A stretch of DNA of 64,000 nucleotides from Candidatus Cloacimonadales bacterium (lineage in GTDB: Bacteria > Cloacimonadota > Cloacimonadia > Cloacimonadales > JAIOQZ01): assembly GCA_963662655.2 (NCBI GenBank), contig CAXXTU010000002.1, forward strand, positions 1,824,001 to 1,888,000, read 5' to 3'. The notes beneath the pieces were generated by a model. It was not told the origin of the DNA and made no database searches. It saw only the letters and a program-made list of their open reading frames with translations. A program made the translations under genes and the position numbers. Below, piece after piece: positions 28,541 to 37,312 of the stretch (its first letter is position 1; each line of letters begins with the position of its first letter).

Positions 28541-30667
28541 TTATTTCAGCATGAGCATTTTCTGAATTTCGCTCTTGCTTCCAACTTCGAGTTTGTAGAA
28601 GTATACACCGCTTGAAACTGGCTTGTTCGTGTTATCAACACCGTGCCATGTGAATGCTTGAGTACCGGCATCGAGTTTTGAATCGACAAGAGTCTTCACG
28701 AGCTGACCCTTCACGTTGTAAACGGAAAGTTTCACGTCAGCTTTTTCAGGAATGCTGAATTCAACGGTTGTAGTCGGGTTGAAAGGATTCGGGAAGTTTG
28801 TGAGCCCGAAGCCAGCAACTGGAGCTACGTCTTCGTTGTCGTTCGCTGTGATGATTGGAAGGTCGGTGAAGTCGATGTCGACGGAGCAGTAGCGAAGCAT
28901 ACCGCCGTCGTTCGAACCCTGACCCTGGATGAATGAACCGAAGCTGTTGTCATCGTAGAACATAAGATGGAGAAGACCATGTTCTTCACCAAGGTCTTCT
29001 ACGATGTCGCCAGGATAGACATAAGTAGGAATCATGCCTGCGAGTTCAGGATTGTCGATCGAATTGAGGAAGATCGGATCCGACCAGTTCGCGCCGTTAT
29101 CAGCTGAAAGCGAGATAGCGATTTCCGGAACTGTTGCCCAATCTACATATTCTTCGTCGCCGGATTCGTTGTAGAAACGGCTGTAAAGACCATCATGCCA
29201 TACGGCAACGAGCCAGTTCTTGTCTTCGTTCTTCGCGATTTTGTATGTGTTCTCATGGAATGCTTCGTCCCAGCCATACCACCAGATCGGCCAGCTAAGA
29301 TTTGACATGAGGGTACCGTCTTCGTAGTACTCATCCATTTCGCCGTCCTGATTCTCGTCCCAAGGAAGGTACGGGAATGTAGGATTTTCTATTGTGCTCT
29401 GAGGATAGAGATCGTGGAATGTGATCTCGCTTGTCTCTGGATCGAATTCGCAGTGTTTCACTGTGCTGAAGTATGCCCAAAGGTTGTGTTCGCCATCAAC
29501 GTTTTCGTAACCGAGTACGTAGTTACCTACGAAGTGAAGCTTGCCCTGAGAATCGAACATCGCTTCCGGATGGCTGCTGTTCACCCAGTCAAAGAAGATT
29601 TCTTCGCCGGCTTCGATAGCATCGAAGTAAGGAGTTCCATCCTGGTTGGTAGGCATGTCCACAACGGTATGAGCGTCAACTTCGACAACTTCCCAGTCGC
29701 CTTCAGCCCATGTGTCGTTGTAGAAAACAACCATGTCCGAACCTTCGTGTTCGATGTCGTCAGCGCTGAGGTAACCGATCATTGCGATCTGACCATTGTC
29801 ATTACATGCAATACCCTTGTTGTAACGGCCCCAGTCGCCTTCACCCGAGTTGTAGTAGTCAAGGAGCGGGAAGGTAACGAAGTTCCAGTCGAGGGTATTC
29901 AGTGTACCAGCGTCAAGGTTTGATGTTGTGAAATCAGCGTAACCGAGAAGCATGTTTTCAGAAGGGTCTGCATGGTGGCTTGTGTAGTTGCTTGCCCAGA
30001 CGTAAACACGGCGAGATTGGTCTGTATCGTAGTTAGGTCCTTGAACTATCCAAACATACGGCCAGATAAATTCGTCATCTGAGTAAGGTGGTTCGAAGTC
30101 GTAGCCAGACCAGTCGTTGTTATCGATAACATCGAACGGAGTGCTGATAAGGCCAGGTGATTGAAGAAGGTGCCATGAGTCGTAACCGAGAGCATCTTCA
30201 TAGATCGTGTCATCGTCCATATCAATGTGCCAGATCGCCATAGGATCCTGGGTCTCATGGTCGATATCCATTCCGGGGTAACCTTCCTTGATATCTTCCT
30301 GGTTGAGGTAGTTAACGGAGTTGAGCGTACCGTCGGCATTGATGTAGCCGATGTAAACACGGCGTTCAGCGGAAGCTGTTTCGGTTGAATGGAACACACA
30401 GTAGAGACCATTCTGGCCAGCAACGTTGTTGGTTTGAACGCGAAGCGGGTTGGAGATGTAGCTACCAGGCATGTAGTCGTAATAGCTTGTTTGGATGTCG
30501 ATGGGTTCTACAACGAATGTACATGCTGGAGCGTCTCTGTGTTCAGCACGACCCTTGATAATCAGGTTGTCCTGTGCGAGTTCCTGTTTTGGAATCGCTT
30601 GTTGCGTATAAGCGAACATACTGCATACGAGAGCAGCGACCATGATCGCCAGTACTAATTTTTTCAT
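28541..30667 (-). CDS. Acidic secreted protein with FlgD-Ig/T9SS-like C-terminal sorting domain
   Basis: Signal peptide; BNR-like S.DNGANWS; tail NFPNPFNP.T...VYNVKGQLVKTL...W.G......VSSGVYFYKL...KMLMLK. Confidence 0.87.
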   Translation of the reverse strand: MKKLVLAIMVAALVCSMFAYTQQAIPKQELAQDNLIIKGRAEHRDAPACTFVVEPIDIQTSYYDYMPGSYISNPLRVQTNNVAGQNGLYCVFHSTETASAERRVYIGYINADGTLNSVNYLNQEDIKEGYPGMDIDHETQDPMAIWHIDMDDDTIYEDALGYDSWHLLQSPGLISTPFDVIDNNDWSGYDFEPPYSDDEFIWPYVWIVQGPNYDTDQSRRVYVWASNYTSHHADPSENMLLGYADFTTSNLDAGTLNTLDWNFVTFPLLDYYNSGEGDWGRYNKGIACNDNGQIAMIGYLSADDIEHEGSDMVVFYNDTWAEGDWEVVEVDAHTVVDMPTNQDGTPYFDAIEAGEEIFFDWVNSSHPEAMFDSQGKLHFVGNYVLGYENVDGEHNLWAYFSTVKHCEFDPETSEITFHDLYPQSTIENPTFPYLPWDENQDGEMDEYYEDGTLMSNLSWPIWWYGWDEAFHENTYKIAKNEDKNWLVAVWHDGLYSRFYNESGDEEYVDWATVPEIAISLSADNGANWSDPIFLNSIDNPELAGMIPTYVYPGDIVEDLGEEHGLLHLMFYDDNSFGSFIQGQGSNDGGMLRYCSVDIDFTDLPIITANDNEDVAPVAGFGLTNFPNPFNPTTTVEFSIPEKADVKLSVYNVKGQLVKTLVDSKLDAGTQAFTWHGVDNTNKPVSSGVYFYKLEVGSKSEIQKMLMLK

Positions 30668-30708
30668 AATTCCTCCTCGATTTTGTTTCCTATTAATGCA
30701 TACCGAAA

Positions 30709-30760
30709 TTCACTTTAACATGTGAAAGTGAATCCGAAGCCTTGCTCAGAGGCTCCGGAT
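30709..30760. other. Two adjacent intergenic stem-loops
   Basis: TTCACTTT/AAAGTGAA and ATCCG.AGCCT/AGGCT.CGGAT between the PorV-like gene and the downstream CTD gene. Confidence 0.5.
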
Positions 30761-30776
30761 CCTCTCACGTATTGTT

Positions 30777-31814
30777 TTAAAACATCAGTTTCAATGAGAA
30801 GCGATGCGCGCTTTCCATGAAGCTTTCTTCAAGATAACCCATGTTCGTGTAGGCGTAATCCACATGAACCACGGCGATGCGGTTCGGGATCATGAAGCCG
30901 ACACCGAAAGTCGGGCGAGCTTCGCCATCACTGGTATCGTAGTTGAACTGAACGCCGGTACGAAGGAAGAATACGGAGTATTTACCTTCGAAACCGAGGT
31001 TGAATGTCTCTTCGCGGTCAACAACGTTATCGATCTGGAAGGAAGCCAGAACGTATGTGTCGCCGTCGCGATAGAGGTCGCCACAGATACCGAACGAGAA
31101 CTGCATGGGAATCTTGAATTCCATTTCTTCACGGTCTTCGTCAACAAGGCCGTCGCCGTCGTTGTCGAGAAGATCGAAAGGATCTTCGTCGGTCTGCCCA
31201 TCTTCGTCGTTATCGATCTCATACTTCAAGTCAGTACCAAAGTTACGCATCGCCATACCGATCGTAACGTTTCTCCATAATGTATTCAAACGAGTGCCGA
31301 CGTCAAATGCAAATCCTTCGACAGAGTAGTCGTACAGTTCTTCACGCAGATATTTCGCGGTAAGACCGAAGGAGAATTTGTCCGTGTACATGCTTGAATA
31401 GGTAAGCCCTACTGCAAGATCGCTACATGTGAATTTCTCTCCGGTTGGTTCCATTGTCTCATCGCTGATAACATCCATATCGTCCATGTGAAGATACGAT
31501 GCGCTGAAACCGAATGTGGCGAAATCAAAGAACTTTGAATATGCCAGATATTCGTGCATGATATCTGCCGGCCACTCGGTATGAGAGAACATAACCTGAT
31601 CCTCTTCCTGAATCGCCAGCCCCGCAGGGTTCCAGTAGATCGACGAGATATCGTCCGCTACGGGAGTATAGGCTTCGCCCATACCGATCGCACGAGCGTC
31701 GACACCGAGTTTGAGGAACTGGAGACCTGACGTACCGACCTTCGCAAATATCTCTGCACTCAACGCTGCCGGAAGCAAGCCGATTGCGATAATGACTATC
31801 AATAACTTTTTCAT
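30777..31814 (-). CDS. PorV/UPF0164 (FadL-like) outer-membrane beta-barrel
   Basis: Signal peptide; KVGTSG.QFLK.GV.ARA.GMG.A...WNPAGL; VDYAY; C-terminal Phe. Confidence 0.85.
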   Translation of the reverse strand: MKKLLIVIIAIGLLPAALSAEIFAKVGTSGLQFLKLGVDARAIGMGEAYTPVADDISSIYWNPAGLAIQEEDQVMFSHTEWPADIMHEYLAYSKFFDFATFGFSASYLHMDDMDVISDETMEPTGEKFTCSDLAVGLTYSSMYTDKFSFGLTAKYLREELYDYSVEGFAFDVGTRLNTLWRNVTIGMAMRNFGTDLKYEIDNDEDGQTDEDPFDLLDNDGDGLVDEDREEMEFKIPMQFSFGICGDLYRDGDTYVLASFQIDNVVDREETFNLGFEGKYSVFFLRTGVQFNYDTSDGEARPTFGVGFMIPNRIAVVHVDYAYTNMGYLEESFMESAHRFSLKLMF

Positions 31815-31824
31815 CGTTGCCTCC

Positions 31825-34800
31825 CTATCGTATAATCACGAATTTACCGACTTTTAAATCACCGGAAGCTTTATCCTCCACGGAGAAGAGATAAACACCG
31901 CTGACAACAATTTGATCATTCTTCGAAAGAAGGTCCCAAGCATGGATACCGGAAGCTGCGACACCCGCGGTAGCTGCCTTGCTTGTGGAAATGACATCTT
32001 CAAGATACTGTCCGTTATGCTCGATCGTATCCACGAGGTCACCGGCAAGGGTGAAGATGCGGATCGTACAGCGTTCCGGAATATTCACGAACCAGATACG
32101 GCGGCTCTTGTCACCCTTCGGGTCGTTTTCGCGACGACCGTCGTAGTTGCTCAAGCCGAGATAAGGGTTCGGGGCAACATAGATGTTGTCCATATTGCTT
32201 CTTCCGCGTGGGCCCGGGAAGAACACCTGCATATTCGCGTCTTTACTTGATTCGAGCGCGAGAAGTTCGTTTGAAGGCATGCCGCGGTCAAACGCCGTAA
32301 CGGAGACGTACAACTCAACACCCTTCTGCGGAGTGCTCACCGTGTAGGTGTAGTATTTTCTTGCAAGGCGATCAATCGCTTTCTCAGTGAAATCCGGTTC
32401 GTCTTGATAGAACTGGCCCAAGTGGCCATCGATCGTAATGAGACGGTCGTCAACGAGCTTAAGGTAGATGTTCGCCGACATGTCGGGATTTCTGAATATC
32501 AATTGTTCGTTCTCGAAGATGCTGTAGCTTGGATTGTATTTCGGGTTCACGTTCAGGTTATCGATATCGCTGAGCATCGAGTCAACCAGTGTCTTACGCA
32601 CGATGTTAGCATCGTAAATCGGCAAGCCGTAAAGGTAATCGCCGATTTCAAACGGAACCAGTTCATACTGGTCGTTCAAGCGATAGTATTTTGAGTTCTC
32701 TTCGTAATTCTCTGCTGTTACGACCGGGGCCGGTTGACCGGACATTTCACCATTATATGGTAGACCGACATCTTTTCCAAGCTCGCCGCCAAAGTTCCAG
32801 TAGTTGGCGCTCGGTAGGTCGATGGTGCAATTATAATCGAGATGATCCTGATCGGTATCGATCTTATCCCACTTGTGATGAAGCATCCAGTATTCCTGGG
32901 AACCTCTACCCGAGCGAGTCCACACCGAGTATCCCTGGAAGTCGTGCCGGAGGCGTTTTGCGGTAATCGGATCCACGATCGATTCGGGATTGTATTCGGG
33001 AAGGGACTCAGCGTTTGGATCGTAGCTTGGAAGTTCGGGTTTTGTGCTCTGGTAACCGATCTTGCCTTTACTTACGGCTTTCTCATCGTAGGTGAATTCC
33101 GAGCGGTTGTCCCAGAAGATGTTCACTTTATCGCCAGAGTCGGTCATTTCAGCGTACATGCTTGGAATTTCAGGTGGCTCCGGTGGATTGTAGTGCGGGA
33201 AAGTATCCGGCAGCACAGCGGTCGTAAGCGACTGAGCATCGCCGTAGATTTCTTTGGCCCATTCCGCGGTTTGTTTGAGTTCTTCAACGGACTCGCCCGG
33301 GAACACGGCGATAACGATCTTCATTGTTTTATAAGGTCTGAGGTTCCAGGATGTCTCGGATTCCTCATCCTCGAAGCCCTGGCCGTCGCCGGAAAAGGCA
33401 AACAGATATCTCGTGTCGTCCGGATCGGACATCTGGCTTTCCGGGAAGTCGCGCAACGAGATATATTTCGACGGGTCGGGATTCAAGCCTGTCAGCAACC
33501 AGTACTTCTCGTTTGAAGTCGGGCTGCCAGAAGGCGTGAGGTCTCTTGGGTGCGTGTCATCCGGGCCATCCCCACGATTCCAGTACCAGCAGGAGTAGTT
33601 CAGGGAATCAGGATCGGGAATCGGCGTACACACGCGTGATCCAACGTATCCGGTCGTAAGACCCTGATCCTGGTCGGCATCGTATGTGTATGCGAATTCG
33701 TATCCTGGTCCCGGAACGTAACTACTGACGTCGTCCATCGAGCGTTCGTCCGCGCCCCATGATTGCGGTCCGACATCCGAGTCCATATAGATACCCATTG
33801 CGCAGTCGTAAAGAATATCGTTTGCATTCATGTTCGTGATATCGAATTCGATGTACACGAGGTTCTTGATATAGTCATAGCTCCACTGATAACTCATCTG
33901 ACGAATCATTACGCCAATGGGGTAGTGGTCGTAGCTACTTTTCCGACTTCCGAACTTACGTTCAACACCCGTTTTGAAGGGGCTGTAATCGTAGTAATAA
34001 GCAATGTAGTCCTGTTCGGACATCGGGTAACCGTCTTCGTCATCGAGGCCATCGATATCGTCGTCATTTTCTTTCGAGAAACAAAAGCTGATGGAATTCT
34101 GGTTTCTGGCTTCACTCAGATCAACGAAACCGAGCGGAAACCAGAGTTCATCGTCAACCGCATCCAGGATATATTGAGCATCGGCGTCCTTCAGGTATTC
34201 TCCGCCAATCTGAGCAACCACATCGGGGAGCTCGTCTGCGGAGCGCATCGGGAAACCGAATCCAACTGGATCTTCGTCGATTCTACCATCGCCATCGTCA
34301 TCGACACCGGCGCGATGGTTCCAGATGGAAGCCGTCATCACGGTATCGAAGAGGTTGAATTCACTAAAGGTTGTACCCAGCGCATTATCCTCGGAGGGAT
34401 TGAATGCGGGTAAGAATTCCATCAGGTCGTCGTCACCGTCGAAACCGACCGTCACAAGCGTATCGACAACGGGATTCATTTCCGATGTCCACTCCGGATC
34501 GTCTTCCGTACAGTAGTCCGATTCATCTTCAGGCGGGTTGTGTACCCAGTAAAGTATTTTATTTTCCTGATTCCTTCTGATCTTTTTCGCTCCAAACCAC
34601 AAAGCGCCCTGATACAGGTAATCGATACCGCTACCACCCGGATATTCGAGCGAGGGCCATTGTGGTGTTACATCGTCGCCGGAACCAAAGAAACCATAGT
34701 TACTCACGCGCAGCCAAATATTACCTACTTTGTGTATCCTGTCTTCGAGGTCCAGCTTCTTGGTTTTTTCCATATCCACATTGGAACGTCCCATCAAAGC

Positions 34801-34860
34801 GACAGAAACCATCGTGAAGACGAATATCAAGATAATCGCTGCTGTTTTTCGTGATCTCAT
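31825..34860 (-). CDS. Large secreted protein (1011 aa) with FN3-like segment and T9SS-like C-terminal domain
   Basis: Signal peptide; YP.GSG..YL..GALW.GA; PPEPP...W; VTAFDRG...LES; tail VAPNPY...IFTLAGDLV...WDL...VVSGVYLF...GKFVIIR. Confidence 0.8.
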   Translation of the reverse strand: MRSRKTAAIILIFVFTMVSVALMGRSNVDMEKTKKLDLEDRIHKVGNIWLRVSNYGFFGSGDDVTPQWPSLEYPGGSGIDYLYQGALWFGAKKIRRNQENKILYWVHNPPEDESDYCTEDDPEWTSEMNPVVDTLVTVGFDGDDDLMEFLPAFNPSEDNALGTTFSEFNLFDTVMTASIWNHRAGVDDDGDGRIDEDPVGFGFPMRSADELPDVVAQIGGEYLKDADAQYILDAVDDELWFPLGFVDLSEARNQNSISFCFSKENDDDIDGLDDEDGYPMSEQDYIAYYYDYSPFKTGVERKFGSRKSSYDHYPIGVMIRQMSYQWSYDYIKNLVYIEFDITNMNANDILYDCAMGIYMDSDVGPQSWGADERSMDDVSSYVPGPGYEFAYTYDADQDQGLTTGYVGSRVCTPIPDPDSLNYSCWYWNRGDGPDDTHPRDLTPSGSPTSNEKYWLLTGLNPDPSKYISLRDFPESQMSDPDDTRYLFAFSGDGQGFEDEESETSWNLRPYKTMKIVIAVFPGESVEELKQTAEWAKEIYGDAQSLTTAVLPDTFPHYNPPEPPEIPSMYAEMTDSGDKVNIFWDNRSEFTYDEKAVSKGKIGYQSTKPELPSYDPNAESLPEYNPESIVDPITAKRLRHDFQGYSVWTRSGRGSQEYWMLHHKWDKIDTDQDHLDYNCTIDLPSANYWNFGGELGKDVGLPYNGEMSGQPAPVVTAENYEENSKYYRLNDQYELVPFEIGDYLYGLPIYDANIVRKTLVDSMLSDIDNLNVNPKYNPSYSIFENEQLIFRNPDMSANIYLKLVDDRLITIDGHLGQFYQDEPDFTEKAIDRLARKYYTYTVSTPQKGVELYVSVTAFDRGMPSNELLALESSKDANMQVFFPGPRGRSNMDNIYVAPNPYLGLSNYDGRRENDPKGDKSRRIWFVNIPERCTIRIFTLAGDLVDTIEHNGQYLEDVISTSKAATAGVAASGIHAWDLLSKNDQIVVSGVYLFSVEDKASGDLKVGKFVIIR

Positions 34861-34910
34861 GTAAACTCCTCCAACACTCCTTGATTTGTTTATCTCACTT
34901 ATCGAACGTG

Positions 34911-35558
34911 TTAATCAAGTCCGAAACCGACCGGGAACTGCACCCAAACCGCAACCGGCTTGCCGCCGCTTTGCGCGGGCTTGAATTCCCACTGTTTAAC
35001 AGCGTTGACCGCAGCTTCGTCCAACCCATCAGGACCCGGCATCAACGAGTGCAAAACGTTGATCGCGCCGACGGATCCATCAATCAGGACTTCAACTTCA
35101 AGTACAACATCGCCGGTGATATTCATTCTTTTCGCAAAGTCGGAATACACTGGCTTGATCTGTTTGATAGGCACTGGCGGGTCTTCGTAGAAAACGAACT
35201 TCGGTGTCGTTCCGATCTCATTCGAGTTTGTTACGATTTCCTCTTCATAGACGTCCAGCTCCGTTTTTTCGATGGTATCGATGATCTCGATATCTTCATC
35301 ATCATCACTCAGATCATCTTCAATGACAATGTCGATTACGGGTTTCACCTGTTGCTCAGGCGGCTTGATTTCTTCTCTGATTTCCGGTATTTCTTCCAGC
35401 TTGGTCACTTCGAGTATTTTACGTTCGTAGGGTTTCACTTCGATCTTGGGTGAGACCATGAACGAAAACAGCAACAGAAGTATGGCAAGGCTCATGGCCT
35501 TATCATAATAACTGCTGGCAATATCTTTCCAATCTTGAGTTCTTTTATGTTGATTCAT
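34911..35558 (-). CDS. tonB: Energy transducer TonB
   Basis: N-terminal TM; C-terminal domain PVY..AK...ITG.V...G.V...LDEAA..AVKQWEFKPA...GKPV. Confidence 0.9.
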   Translation of the reverse strand: MNQHKRTQDWKDIASSYYDKAMSLAILLLLFSFMVSPKIEVKPYERKILEVTKLEEIPEIREEIKPPEQQVKPVIDIVIEDDLSDDDEDIEIIDTIEKTELDVYEEEIVTNSNEIGTTPKFVFYEDPPVPIKQIKPVYSDFAKRMNITGDVVLEVEVLIDGSVGAINVLHSLMPGPDGLDEAAVNAVKQWEFKPAQSGGKPVAVWVQFPVGFGLD

Positions 35559-35564
35559 GGCGTC

Positions 35565-35996
35565 CTACCTTCTCAACTTCGCTTCGAACGAGACGCGTAA
35601 CGCTTCCACTTGCCGCAGCTGTTGCATGATGTCGTGCATGGTGCGGTACTCGGTGTTTTCGTCTGCCCGGAAACAGGTTATAAGATTTGGATCTGCCATA
35701 CGCTTGTTACCCATTATCGTAGCCACCTTGTAAAGTTCGGCGTACTGGATGGGATAATCGTCGATCGAGATCAGGTTGTTTTTATCAACATAGATCGTTG
35801 CGGCATGCTTTCTTGGGATTTTACCCCGTTCAAGTATCTCCTTGCTCGCTTTCGGCATGGTGATATACTTCAAGCCTCTTTCTTTAACGAACACAGTTGA
35901 AACCATGAAGAATACCAGAAGCAGGAACGCAATGTCCGACATGGATGACGTCGGTATCTGACATACCGGCTTATTCGATTTTTTTATCTTCGCCAT
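35565..35996 (-). CDS. exbD: Biopolymer transport protein ExbD (second copy)
   Basis: IPTSSMSDIAFLLLVFFMV, RAD...Y. Confidence 0.9.
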   Translation of the reverse strand: MAKIKKSNKPVCQIPTSSMSDIAFLLLVFFMVSTVFVKERGLKYITMPKASKEILERGKIPRKHAATIYVDKNNLISIDDYPIQYAELYKVATIMGNKRMADPNLITCFRADENTEYRTMHDIMQQLRQVEALRVSFEAKLRR

Positions 35997-36008
35997 ACCA
36001 TATCTCCT

Positions 36009-36425
36009 TTAGTTCAACGCGTTCGTCGAAAGCGATATCTTCTCGGCGCCGGCAAGCTTGATCTCCTCAAGCACCTCAACCATGAATCTGTATCTCGACA
36101 AACGATCCGTGCGCAGCGAAATAACCATGTCCGGGTTGTCCCGAATCACGTCTTCCACTTTCTTACGAATTTCCGATACCGGGGTTTCAACTTCATCGAT
36201 CGTGACAACACCGTTCTGCGCGACATAGATGCGGGTAATGTTTTCGTCTTTCAGCTTAACGCGCTTGTCTGCCTGCTCGGAAGCTGCAGGAAGGACGAGA
36301 CCTAGCCCCTTCTTGATGTCAAACTTGGTTGTCGTCAAAAAGAACACAAGAAGAAGGAAAGCAATGTCCGACATCGATGACGTTGGTATCGCATCAAGAG
36401 ACCGTTCCTTCTTTTTACGTATCAT
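36009..36425 (-). CDS. exbD: Biopolymer transport protein ExbD (first copy)
   Basis: IPTSSMSDIAFLLLVFFLTTT, TD..SRY...V.VL..AG. Confidence 0.9.
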   Translation of the reverse strand: MIRKKKERSLDAIPTSSMSDIAFLLLVFFLTTTKFDIKKGLGLVLPAASEQADKRVKLKDENITRIYVAQNGVVTIDEVETPVSEIRKKVEDVIRDNPDMVISLRTDRLSRYRFMVEVLEEIKLAGAEKISLSTNALN

Positions 36426-37283
36426 TTATGCCCCCTGGTTCTTCTCAACCAATACTTCGATGAGTTTTTCAGAACCTTTCTGCATATCCATTACAAGGCC
36501 GTCAACCATTCCGAGGAACATGTTGTTGAAGAACTGAATAGGAATCGCGATCGCGAGACCGGCAGCGGTTGTGATAAGAGCAACCTGGATACCGGAAGCA
36601 ACGATGGTCGGTTCAACTTCGCCGGCAGCCGCGATATCCTTGAATGCACGGATCATACCGACAACGGTTCCGAAGAAACCGAACATGGGCGCGAGGTTGA
36701 TGGTTGTTGAAAGTGGGATGAATCCTTTTTCGAGGAACGCCATCTCAAGAACGCTCGCATTCTCGAGCGCTTTTTCAACGGCTTCAATGCTCTTGTCGGC
36801 TTTGAGAAGTCCCATGTGCATGATTGCTGCAACCGGGCCTTTCGCGTTTGCGCAGATATCCGCTGCTTCGTCGTACTTGCCGCTTTCAACCAGCGGAATA
36901 ACCTTATCGAGAAGATGATTCACGTTGATCTTTGCATAGCTGAGCGAAACGATTTTCCAGATAACTGTGGCAATCGCCCATATAAGCAGTACAAGCATCG
37001 GCCACATGGTGAATCCACCTTCTTTGAACAGTTGCACGAACCCACTGCCGAGCAGCAGGGTTGCAATATCTTCTATCGCAGATGTGTCACCTGCTTCTTC
37101 CTGTTCAAACGGCTGTTCTTCGACAACTTCGGCTTCCTGCGTGTCTTCTACCATCGCTCCCGTTTCGGTAGCGGTCGCTTCGGCATTTTCTTCCACGACA
37201 GCATCCTGAGCGATCAACGCAGTAACACTGAACATAAGCAACAAGCTCAGTAACGCAAGAGCTGCTATCTTGTTCCTTTTCAT
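36426..37283 (-). CDS. exbB: MotA/TolQ/ExbB proton channel protein
   Basis: Signal peptide and acidic extension; GG..MWP; APMFGFFGTVVGMI.AF; GI.VALITTA.GL.IAIP. Confidence 0.92.
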   Translation of the reverse strand: MKRNKIAALALLSLLLMFSVTALIAQDAVVEENAEATATETGAMVEDTQEAEVVEEQPFEQEEAGDTSAIEDIATLLLGSGFVQLFKEGGFTMWPMLVLLIWAIATVIWKIVSLSYAKINVNHLLDKVIPLVESGKYDEAADICANAKGPVAAIMHMGLLKADKSIEAVEKALENASVLEMAFLEKGFIPLSTTINLAPMFGFFGTVVGMIRAFKDIAAAGEVEPTIVASGIQVALITTAAGLAIAIPIQFFNNMFLGMVDGLVMDMQKGSEKLIEVLVEKNQGA

Positions 37284-37312
37284 TGGTTCTATCCTCCTAA
37301 ATCATTATTTCT

